A stretch of DNA of 15,442 bases from Oligoflexus sp. (GTDB taxonomy: Bacteria > Bdellovibrionota_B > Oligoflexia > Oligoflexales > Oligoflexaceae): positions 1-15,442 of the forward strand of contig JBGSTX010000175.1 of the NCBI GenBank assembly GCA_041736305.1. Direction: 5' to 3'. Position numbers and translations under genes: made by a program. The stretch's first letter is position 1; each line of letters opens with the position of its first letter. Shown piece after piece: positions 7,933 through 15,442 of the stretch. The notes below the pieces were generated by a model. It did no database searches. It saw only the letters and a program-made list of their open reading frames with translations, and was not told where the DNA came from.

Positions 7933-8931
7933 TTAGTTTGCTGGATTATAGTTGATAGAAAGACTGGCTGAATCTTTGACGAGGTCGGTCTTGATCAGAG
8001 TCACAGAATTTTTCTGAGCATCATAAGTCCAGTCGCTAGCGGCGAGTAAAGTTCCTCCAATTCGCACGTTCATAGCTTTCGGATCCTTTGGCTTTTTGGT
8101 CAAGGTAAAAGTCACGCTTCGCTTAACCATATCGGTCGAGAGGCGGGTAATCAAGTTTGACCAATCGGGAGCGCATAGATCCAAGGACGTACCACCTGAG
8201 GTAGCCGCTAGATTGATGTACTCAGTGCCAATGTTAGCTAAATCACAGGTATCGTTGACTAGTGAGTTTGGTAGCCCGAGTATACCGTTGAAAGTCGCTT
8301 TCAAGGTTTTAGTCGGGTCAAAATCCGCAGCTAGATTGCCTTCGCCAGACCCATTATCATCCGTGATTACTACGATCTCCAGTTTTGCATCTTTCCGAAA
8401 AGCTATAGGAGCTGCGAGTGGTGCATTCTGCACCGAGAAGTAAAACGCTGCGAATTGCCCAGCAAAAAGGCTGGTCAATCGGCTGATAGCGTCACCCGAG
8501 TCAACCCTTTGCCGTACAAACGCTACTTTGTTCGGATCTGTAGTGGCAGGCAGGACTAGGTTTTGATCCAGCATCAAGTGGATGCGGGGGTCCAACTTAC
8601 CATCAGTTAGTGTGCTGATCAGTTTGGGCAGGTTGTTCTGGGTACTAAGAAGTTCGTCGTCCATACTCGCGCTAGTATCAATAGCGAAGACAACGTCGAC
8701 TTTTAGTGAGATCAAATGCTTATCGGTAATGCTTCCAAGATCCTCGACCTGCGAAACTTGGACTGGAGCAGCAGGCGCTGAATCTCCAGAATCGACCTGA
8801 CTCGTCACGGGTTCAGCCGGAAGCTGGACCAGCTTCTCGGGTTCAGGAGGTGCAACTCCTTTGAAGGCTGACTGGTTACAGCCAATGAGATAGGCCGCAC
8901 CTATACATAAGAAATAGATTCTCGCTTTCAT
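7933..8931 (-). CDS. von Willebrand factor A domain lipoprotein
   Basis: DVVFAIDTSASM (MIDAS DxSxS), IVVITDD, Y..LA..SGG; lipobox LIGC; Pro-rich linker; small C-terminal beta domain (WTYDAQKNSVT); GAGGAG RBS. Confidence 0.88.
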   Translation of the reverse strand: MKARIYFLCIGAAYLIGCNQSAFKGVAPPEPEKLVQLPAEPVTSQVDSGDSAPAAPVQVSQVEDLGSITDKHLISLKVDVVFAIDTSASMDDELLSTQNNLPKLISTLTDGKLDPRIHLMLDQNLVLPATTDPNKVAFVRQRVDSGDAISRLTSLFAGQFAAFYFSVQNAPLAAPIAFRKDAKLEIVVITDDNGSGEGNLAADFDPTKTLKATFNGILGLPNSLVNDTCDLANIGTEYINLAATSGGTSLDLCAPDWSNLITRLSTDMVKRSVTFTLTKKPKDPKAMNVRIGGTLLAASDWTYDAQKNSVTLIKTDLVKDSASLSINYNPAN

Positions 8932-9012
8932 GTGCGTTGCTCCTCTAAAGTTCGACTGGCATTACCCATTCGAAGGACTGAAACTGCAAAATTTTTTTTG
9001 TCACTTACTGTT

Positions 9013-9029
9013 TGCAAAGCCTATACCTC
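9013..9029 (-). promoter_or_regulatory. Possible sigma54 promoter for the vWA gene
   Basis: Minus strand GAGGTATAGGCTTTGCA: GG-N10-GC, TTGCA at -12, weaker -24. Confidence 0.35.
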
Positions 9030-9080
9030 GCGTGCAGAAGAAATTACGCGGGGTATGACCCTGTTTTCATTTCTGATTAA

Positions 9081-9097
9081 TTGGCACTTTCTATGCT
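9081..9097 (+). promoter_or_regulatory. Putative sigma54 promoter for the CheX-domain gene
   Basis: TTGGCACTTTCTATGCT: TGGCAC -24 box with exact GG-N10-GC spacing. Confidence 0.65.
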
Positions 9098-9218
9098 TAG
9101 GGGCCGGACACCGACTTTATTTTAGACAGCCCGTCACAAAGCTTAGACACTCTAATTTGACTTCAGATATAGCCAAGGTCTGTTAGAATGAGAGGGATCA
9201 AAGAGGGCAAGTAATTTC

Positions 9219-10691
9219 ATGAGCACACACTATATAATCTTGCTCCGTCCAAGCCCTAGCCTGGTTAAGACGGTTGAGGAATCGCTAAAAAAGCTTGAAG
9301 GGATCAAAGAGATCAAGGTGAACCTTGAGATCGCGAAATCCGCACCTGAAATGGCCAAGCTCATAGATCAAGGCCGGCGTTTTGAAGCCATCCTAGCAGA
9401 GCATCCTATCGAGGCTATCGATGTCAACTTTATCCTCACCCTCTATCGTCCCCTGAAGAGAAAACCGCCTCTGCTCGTCTCTAAGGAAAACTACGAAAAG
9501 TTAGCGAACCGCATTATCAATACCGACCTGACGCCGGCCATCAAAGGCTTCAGTAGGGAATTCATTTATGACTACCTCAGCGAAACCTTGCTCATCAGCG
9601 AGAAGAAGATCGACAACCGTATCATCAAAGAGGTGCTGACCTCAGCGACCTCCATTATATTTTCCAATACCCAGTTGAAAATGGATGTGGCGGCTCTCAG
9701 CGAAGTCTCTGCTAAGGGCTCTCAACAGGAAATGACTTCCGTCATCGCCTTCATCGGAGACGGGTTGCTCGGTAATCTCAGCTTTGCCACCACCAATAGA
9801 CTCATCAGCCTTTTTTGCCAGAAAATGCTCTATTGTGAAGCGAGCGATGTAACGCCTGCGATGTGTACTGATGTTCTGATGGAGCTATCCAATCAAATTT
9901 TGGGTGCGACCAGACTCCAGCTCGCACAAAGCGGCTATGAGCTGGGGTCTTCCTTACAGCTCGTGGTCTCGGGAGAGCAGCCGCATCTTTACCTTGCGAA
10001 GAGCAGTGGCCACTATTATCGCATCAAACTCAAGCACGGCGAGGACGATTTCCACATTACCTTTGCCTACGGTACCTATCCGAAGCAAAAGGGCGAAGCG
10101 AATTTCTATGGGAGTAAGCTGAGCAATCTCACGCTCGACGTTCGCATTGTTAACGGCCTCGTGAAAGCAGCTAACGAAGTTTTGACTATAGGTGGAGACC
10201 GACCTAAAAAGCAGGGCGTAGGCGAGCATAGAGGTGAGGACTACCAGGCCGACTCGCTGCATATCTTACATGGTCGGGGCCACCAAGGCAGCTTCATACT
10301 CGCTCTCGAAATTCCTTTTGCGACGATCAAGGCTTATATAAAAGAAACTTTGGGTCTAGAGACCGAAGGATTGACTCCAGCGATGATCACGCAGGTCGGC
10401 GGCGAACTTGTAAACAGCCTGGGGGCCGCGTTTCGTGAAAGCTCTCAGAAGCATGGCTACGGCTATATCTCGGTCTTCAGCGGCGGCTTCTGCGCATCCC
10501 GCAAGCTCAGCTATCTGCTGAAAAATCAGGGACTCTACTGCCGCCTGAACTTTGCCGTTCGCGATCTACCTTTCACTGTTTGCTTTGGCATGGAGGCAGC
10601 GGCTTCCCCGAAGATTTTTGACCTTTGGAACTATATCAAAAGTCTGGCCCAGGCCGTCAAGCCGCAAAAGAATTCACCGGCTCCTGGCTAA
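9219..10691 (+). CDS. Chemotaxis phosphatase CheX-family protein: degenerate receiver-like domain + two CheX domains
   Basis: CheX-1: IDNRII...TSVIAFIGD..GNL...DVLMELSNQILG; CheX-2: LDVRIVN...QVGGELVNSLGA (ExxN at 222/225 and 396/399); N-terminal ~125 aa has receiver-like beta/alpha pattern. Confidence 0.8.
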   Translation: MSTHYIILLRPSPSLVKTVEESLKKLEGIKEIKVNLEIAKSAPEMAKLIDQGRRFEAILAEHPIEAIDVNFILTLYRPLKRKPPLLVSKENYEKLANRIINTDLTPAIKGFSREFIYDYLSETLLISEKKIDNRIIKEVLTSATSIIFSNTQLKMDVAALSEVSAKGSQQEMTSVIAFIGDGLLGNLSFATTNRLISLFCQKMLYCEASDVTPAMCTDVLMELSNQILGATRLQLAQSGYELGSSLQLVVSGEQPHLYLAKSSGHYYRIKLKHGEDDFHITFAYGTYPKQKGEANFYGSKLSNLTLDVRIVNGLVKAANEVLTIGGDRPKKQGVGEHRGEDYQADSLHILHGRGHQGSFILALEIPFATIKAYIKETLGLETEGLTPAMITQVGGELVNSLGAAFRESSQKHGYGYISVFSGGFCASRKLSYLLKNQGLYCRLNFAVRDLPFTVCFGMEAAASPKIFDLWNYIKSLAQAVKPQKNSPAPG

Positions 10692-10718
10692 AAACAAGAG
10701 CTCCTAGATTTCGGCGCC

Positions 10719-11879
10719 TTAGGCAGCCGCGGTCTTTTTCTGCAGCATTTTTTTGGCTTCTGCCAGGTAGGGATGGACTTTATCATAGTCCGCAGGAGCA
10801 TTGGCAGCGCAAGCTTTGAAAAAGCTCAGGGCCTTCTGCCAGTTCTGGAGACGGCGAGCATGCAGCCCCATATTCATCCAAACTTTATACGAGTCAGGCT
10901 GCTCCCCTAGCACCTGCTGTGACCTCTGCAGAATCTTCTCAGCTTCTCCCACCTTATTGGCTCTGGCGAGATCGAGAGCATAGCTTTGAACCAAACGTGT
11001 GACTTGGAGCTGCCCACTCCCGAGCATACTCCGTACTGAATCAGCTCGATTGAGCAGCGCTTCGGCCACCAGTTTACCGGCAAGAGCCGCGCTTTGATGG
11101 GGATCAGAATTCAGGCTTTCCTCGAAGAGACTCAAGCCAAGCTCTATCTTGCCTTCTTGCACCGCCCAACGCGCTTTGAGACTCAGGAAGGGCGGATAAC
11201 CAGGCGCCAGACTCAAACTTTTATCTATAACCTCTCGGGCCTTGTCGATTTGAGAATTTTCCGTATAAGCGACCGCAAGAGTCAGCCGGGCATCCAGAGA
11301 GCGACTGTTCTCCCTGACCGCACTCGCACAGCTGAGGATCGCATTAGGATAGTCCTTCATTTCTAGGTGGAGCTTGGCTTTGAGCAGAGTCGCACGAAAA
11401 GGCTCGCTATCCTGCTTGGCGTAGGTCTCAAGAAGAGGCCCCACTTTATCGAATTGCTTTTGCTGCATATTGAGGCTGATACGTTCTCTCAGATCCATCA
11501 GATGACGGCGCTTGCGGGAGAAGAGTACCAGCTTTTTGAGACTAGGAATAAAATCCAAGCTTTGCAATGGCGCTACGCAAGGCAGAATGTATTCGAGATC
11601 AAAGCAAAGGGCTCGATGATAGGTATCGAGGCCAGGCAGAAGGAGGATGATAGGAAGAAAAGTGTTGCTACGACCTTCGCGAATCGCCCGAGCTTCCTGG
11701 ATCGCGGCAAGCGCGTCGCCTGAATTTTCTATGACGACCCCTTCCAGCGTTTTGATTTCCGCCAGCTGCTCGAGTATCGTGATGCGCTGCCATGCAATAT
11801 CTAAGCCTTCGAAAGCACCGAATTCCCGGGCGGCTTCGACGAGCTCTTCAGTTTGGCAGTAAAGTGCGATCGTCCCCAT
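10719..11879 (-). CDS. Degenerate receiver-like domain + tetratricopeptide repeat protein
   Basis: TPR-like helical pairs (LKAKLHLEMKDYPNAI, ARLTLAVAYTENSQIDKAREVIDKSLSLAP, VWMNMGLHARRLQNWQKALSFFKAC); N-terminus GVVIE...IRE....FLPIILL like REC beta3/beta4. Confidence 0.8.
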   Translation of the reverse strand: MGTIALYCQTEELVEAAREFGAFEGLDIAWQRITILEQLAEIKTLEGVVIENSGDALAAIQEARAIREGRSNTFLPIILLLPGLDTYHRALCFDLEYILPCVAPLQSLDFIPSLKKLVLFSRKRRHLMDLRERISLNMQQKQFDKVGPLLETYAKQDSEPFRATLLKAKLHLEMKDYPNAILSCASAVRENSRSLDARLTLAVAYTENSQIDKAREVIDKSLSLAPGYPPFLSLKARWAVQEGKIELGLSLFEESLNSDPHQSAALAGKLVAEALLNRADSVRSMLGSGQLQVTRLVQSYALDLARANKVGEAEKILQRSQQVLGEQPDSYKVWMNMGLHARRLQNWQKALSFFKACAANAPADYDKVHPYLAEAKKMLQKKTAAA

Positions 11880-11908
11880 GTACCCACACGTGTAATTAGC
11901 TTATGGGT

Positions 11909-11935
11909 CTATCGGCATTCCCAATCAATACTTGA
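11909..11935 (-). promoter_or_regulatory. Putative sigma28 (FliA) promoter for the TPR gene
   Basis: Minus strand TCAA-GTATTGATTGGGAAT(15)-GCCGATAG versus consensus TAAA-N15-GCCGATAA; 30 nt upstream of ATG 11879. Confidence 0.7.
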
Positions 11936-12073
11936 TTACCATTTCAGCGCCTCTTCCGTGCACTAGCTTTTTCACGGCTACCCCGACTTTGGTCGAAACC
12001 AAAAATATCCCTATTTTTCATGGCAAGCTGGGAGGGATCCATATTTTAGGAACGCCAGATGAAGATTAAAAAC

Positions 12074-12100
12074 TCAACAAGCCTGAATCCCAACCGAAAA
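12074..12100 (+). promoter_or_regulatory. Putative sigma28 (FliA) promoter for the MCP-flagellin unit
   Basis: TCAA-N15-ACCGAAAA with exact spacing, ~40 nt before ATG 12142. Confidence 0.5.
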
Positions 12101-12141
12101 GCTAAGCGGAATTTCTATGTCTTTGCGTGGGAGTCGCAGCT

Positions 12142-14004
12142 ATGGAACGCAGCCGCTATGTCGGGGGACTACTCTGGGTGATGAGCTTAGGCCTCATCCT
12201 CTTGGCCAGTCTAGCAACAGTGTTCGATACCCCTGAGTTTACCCATAAGAGTGAACTGGGAAAGGTTCAAGAGTCTTTAGCCGCGATGAGCGAAAGCCAG
12301 AGCGGCCCTCATGCGGATGAGCTTACGGCGCTCCACAACACCCTCGCACTACTGCGCAGCGACTCTCAGCTGATAGACGAACGACTCATTCTCGTCTGGT
12401 CTATGCTCTCCCTTATGAGCTTCGGTCTCGCCTCAGTGCTCGTCATGGGGCTGGGCGAAGTGCCGCTGCCCTTTATTCGCCCCCGCAGCAGCCGCCGACG
12501 CAAGCAGGAATTAATTGAAGATTTCAGCGGTCCCCTCGAAGAAACTCTAGAGCAACTCCAGCGGGTGAGTCTTGAACTGAGTCAGCTCAGTCAAGTTTCC
12601 TTAAAAGGCGAACCAGCTCGAAGTCCCGAAATGCTAGCCAATCGCTTCGACGAACTACTCAGAATACAGGGTCGTCTAAGCGGCTTGCAAAGGGAACTCG
12701 GCTTCACGCTGTCGACTCTCAAGGAAGTCGCAGAACATCTGCAATCACTCTCGCGCCAATGCGAAGAGAACGCGCAATTCACCGCTGCCACAAGGCTCGA
12801 ATGGAGTTCGATGGGTAGCAAACTCCGCATGCTGCGCGATCAGCACAACAAGGTCAAAAGCACGGCAGAGAAAGTCAGTAAGCAGCAGCTTTCGCTCTGC
12901 GAGATGATCGGCAAATCTCTTGAATATGGCAACGTTCAAGACAAGCATGCAACGGGAGCCCGTGAGCATATCCACAAGATGAACGAAATCTCGCGCAGCA
13001 CGCTCTCGACTCTCGATCTTCTGGCCGGTTCTATGGCTGAATCCAACCAGGACGTCGGTGCCGCCAGCGCCCTAGTGCGTGGACTTTCTGAGCGAGCCGA
13101 GGAAATAGTCAATATCATAGATGTGATCGACGACATCGCCGAGCAGACCAACCAACTAGCGCTCAATGCGTCGATCGAAGCCGCCCGGGCCGGCGAGCAA
13201 GGGCAGGGTTTCGCAGTAGTTGCCGGCGAGGTTCGAAACCTGGCAGCGCGTTCTTCGACGGCAACCAAGTCCATCACCGATCTTCTTGGTACGATACAGC
13301 AAGAAGCCGATCATGCTTCCAGCTGCCTCGAAAAAACCAGCAAATCTGTGGGGCTTGCTCATACGAAGACTCTCGAGGTAGATCGTTCCTATAGAGAAGG
13401 AGTACACCTAGCTCGTCAAGCTATGAACGGACTCCAGCTGCTTATAGCCAATGCTGCCGAGCAGACGGCCGAACTGAAGGCGGTTGAAAGACAGGCGCAC
13501 GACCTCAAGAAATACAACAGAAACGTCTTGGCTCAGCTCGAAGAGCAGGGTCGCATCAGTACGTCGGCCTGCGGCGACAGCACCTCGCTCATGCAGCACT
13601 CCGATAGACTGTCACGTTTATTGAGCCGCCAATACTTTGAGATTACCCACTGCGATAGCATGGTCGACGCCAGCATACAGAATCTGCGTGGGATCAAGGA
13701 AGGCATGGAGGATAGTGTGGCACAAAGCGAGAGTCTCCGAGGCGCAGTGCAGCAGCTTTATATCCAGAGTCTGCATATCGTGCCACAGACGGAAGGTGGT
13801 GACAGCAAACTTACCCGGGCTGTGGCTACCTTACAGGCTTGTAGCAAAAACCTTGAGATTATCAAGGCCAGCCCGGAGCGGGCCCGAGGCGAAATGGAAG
13901 CCATGTACAAAAATATTATTCCCTTAGCTACTGCCGATGGAGCACCCCTGCACGACCTCAATATCGAAGAGCTCAACAAGTCTTCGGAAGCGAAAGCGGG
14001 ATAG
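12142..14004 (+). CDS. Methyl-accepting chemotaxis protein (two TM, short periplasmic loop, long cytoplasmic coiled coil)
   Basis: Signalling hairpin [47 protein letters not shown]; two hydrophobic segments; GGGAG RBS 8 nt before ATG 12142 (alternative GTG 12127). Confidence 0.92.
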   Translation: MERSRYVGGLLWVMSLGLILLASLATVFDTPEFTHKSELGKVQESLAAMSESQSGPHADELTALHNTLALLRSDSQLIDERLILVWSMLSLMSFGLASVLVMGLGEVPLPFIRPRSSRRRKQELIEDFSGPLEETLEQLQRVSLELSQLSQVSLKGEPARSPEMLANRFDELLRIQGRLSGLQRELGFTLSTLKEVAEHLQSLSRQCEENAQFTAATRLEWSSMGSKLRMLRDQHNKVKSTAEKVSKQQLSLCEMIGKSLEYGNVQDKHATGAREHIHKMNEISRSTLSTLDLLAGSMAESNQDVGAASALVRGLSERAEEIVNIIDVIDDIAEQTNQLALNASIEAARAGEQGQGFAVVAGEVRNLAARSSTATKSITDLLGTIQQEADHASSCLEKTSKSVGLAHTKTLEVDRSYREGVHLARQAMNGLQLLIANAAEQTAELKAVERQAHDLKKYNRNVLAQLEEQGRISTSACGDSTSLMQHSDRLSRLLSRQYFEITHCDSMVDASIQNLRGIKEGMEDSVAQSESLRGAVQQLYIQSLHIVPQTEGGDSKLTRAVATLQACSKNLEIIKASPERARGEMEAMYKNIIPLATADGAPLHDLNIEELNKSSEAKAG

Positions 14005-14005
14005 C

Positions 14006-14932
14006 ATGACCTTTATCCTCAATGATAAAGCCATGTCTGCCAAGCTCAATAATGCATTGGACAAGTCACGTCGCCAAAACAGCGACAGCCTTTCCAAGCT
14101 GAGCTCGGGCCAGGTCTTTACCGCCGAGGATCCTCGTCCTGCCGACCGCGCTTTAGCGGAAGGACTCGAACATAAGCTGCGTGGACTCGCCGCCTCGAAG
14201 CGCAATATCAACGATGGTATATCGCTGCTCCAGACTGCGGAATCGGGTTTCTCTGAAATCAGCAATATGCTCATTCGTATGAAGGAAATCAACACCGCTG
14301 CGGCCTCATCAACTCTGAGTAATCAAGACCGAAAGTTTCTCTTCATCGAGTATCAGGCACTCCACGAAGAAGTCGACCGCATAGCAGCAACTACCGAATT
14401 CAATAAGATTCCGCTGCTCGATGGCAGTAACGAGAAAGTACCCGAGGAGCTCGTCTTGAGAATCGGTGATGCAGCTCGCAGCACCGATGGCGATGGAAGC
14501 GATCTCAATACCTTGCGTTTCCAAGATCTGAAGAAAGTAATAGCGACAACGACGGGGCTCGGGCTCAAACCTGTCGCCGATCTCCTGGCGGAAGCCGAGG
14601 AAGGCATCGATCGCGAGGATGCACAGGAATTGCTTGAGGCTGAAGACAGCCGCTATGGAACGGTCTACGATGAGGCTCTCGATAAATTGAGCGGATATCG
14701 GGCCATGTATGGCGCTATGCAGACCCGTTTAGCCAAAGCTATAGACTACAACGAAGTGGTCTCAGAAAACATTTCAGCGGCTCGATCGAAGATCGCTGAC
14801 GTCGACTATGCCGATGAAGTGGCAAAGCTCACGCAAAGCAATATTCTTATGCAGACAGCCACGGCCCTGATGACACAAAACAATCTCGCCGCGGGCATTG
14901 GCGTGCAGATGATCCAATCTCTCCTCAGCTAA
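14006..14932 (+). CDS. Flagellin-family protein (divergent, 308 aa)
   Basis: KLSSG, RNINDGISLLQTAE, LIRMKE, EVDRIAATTEFN; C-terminal RAMYGAMQTRL, ENISAARSKIADVDYADE...NILMQ; ATG 14006 matches the usual flagellin N-terminal length and lies 1 nt after the MCP stop. Confidence 0.9.
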   Translation: MTFILNDKAMSAKLNNALDKSRRQNSDSLSKLSSGQVFTAEDPRPADRALAEGLEHKLRGLAASKRNINDGISLLQTAESGFSEISNMLIRMKEINTAAASSTLSNQDRKFLFIEYQALHEEVDRIAATTEFNKIPLLDGSNEKVPEELVLRIGDAARSTDGDGSDLNTLRFQDLKKVIATTTGLGLKPVADLLAEAEEGIDREDAQELLEAEDSRYGTVYDEALDKLSGYRAMYGAMQTRLAKAIDYNEVVSENISAARSKIADVDYADEVAKLTQSNILMQTATALMTQNNLAAGIGVQMIQSLLS

Positions 14933-15019
14933 GTCTTCTCCCGAATGAAAACTCTGGCATTTTCTGTTCCCTGCTTTAAAATCTAATCTGGATCAACGCC
15001 ATAGCGATCGGGGTCGATA

Positions 15020-15442
15020 GTGGTAAGCAAATTCTGGCCGGGATTGCGCAGCGATAATAAGGAAAGTACCAAAAATAAAGCTAAGAGTGTTAGCAAAAGC
15101 AAGCCAAGCGACGAGGATCTCAAGCGGCCTAAAGTCAAGGAAAGCCGCAGCGGCAGCCGCTATTTACTCGGCGAACTCATCGACACTGAATTCTTGCTTG
15201 ATGAACCCTATGGTCCTATCCAATTCATTTGTGATATCGACAAAACTTATATTGAGACGAAGTTTGACAGTGCGATGTCGATGCTGAAGATAGCCTTCGA
15301 GCAAGCTAATGAGAAAGTTACGGTTACGGGTGCCCCTGTCGCACTTCTTGCCGGGCGTTGGGGCGACGTGTTTGCGAAGCAGGACGCCACATCCAAAGCA
15401 CCTAGGCCCTTGCATTTTCTCTCCGCCTCACCACCACAGCTA
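15020..15442 (+). CDS. App1/DUF2183-like HAD-superfamily phosphatase domain protein, partial (runs off right edge; not in ORF track)
   Basis: Open frame from GTG 15020 (start uncertain): ...PIQFICDIDKTYIETKF...AFEQANEKVTVTGA...RPLHFLSASPPQL; DxDxT motif I and hydrophobic strand + SAS motif II; Lys/Ser-rich N-tail. Confidence 0.75.
   Translation, partial: MVSKFWPGLRSDNKESTKNKAKSVSKSKPSDEDLKRPKVKESRSGSRYLLGELIDTEFLLDEPYGPIQFICDIDKTYIETKFDSAMSMLKIAFEQANEKVTVTGAPVALLAGRWGDVFAKQDATSKAPRPLHFLSASPPQL

Noticed and set aside
9100-9218. c-di-GMP riboswitch in the CheX gene leader
   Set aside because: No GEMM-type GNRA/receptor stems recognisable by eye; an Infernal/Rfam scan would be needed
13928-14006. 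Programmed +1 frameshift producing an MCP-flagellin fusion, or flagellin start at 13937
   Set aside because: Flagellin frame is open only ~26 codons upstream (stop at 13925), there is no slippery site, and ATG 14006 gives the normal flagellin N-terminus
14993-15020. sigma28-like TCAA-N16-GTCGATAG
   Set aside because: Spacing is off by one and it overlaps the likely GTG start; too weak to call
15087-15415. Track ORFs 15087-15287 (+) and 15164-15415 (-)
   Set aside because: The frame starting at 15020 carries HAD/App1 motifs and explains the region

Overview
Bacterial chromosomal window with no rRNA, tRNA, CRISPR or mobile element. Gene content (many Cys-rich lipoproteins, vWA lipoprotein, CheX, sigma54/sigma28-like promoters) suggests Bdellovibrionota/Oligoflexia or a related delta-type lineage (inference). 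Left ~9 kb: nine exported proteins in mostly alternating orientation - partial secreted protein, trypsin-like protease, secreted hypothetical, metallo-beta-lactamase-fold hydrolase, GH5 glycoside hydrolase with a triple Cys repeat, PldB-like alpha/beta hydrolase, lipoprotein, beta/gamma-crystallin lipoprotein and vWA lipoprotein. Right ~6 kb: an unusual motility/chemosensory cluster lacking cheA/W/Y/R/B in this window - pseudo-receiver + tandem CheX-CheX protein, pseudo-receiver + TPR protein, a long HAMP-less MCP followed 1 nt later by a strongly divergent flagellin, and a partial App1/HAD-like phosphatase, with divergent sigma28-like promoters. This cluster is the best candidate for an undescribed system. 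All calls are by motif recognition; no searches were run.
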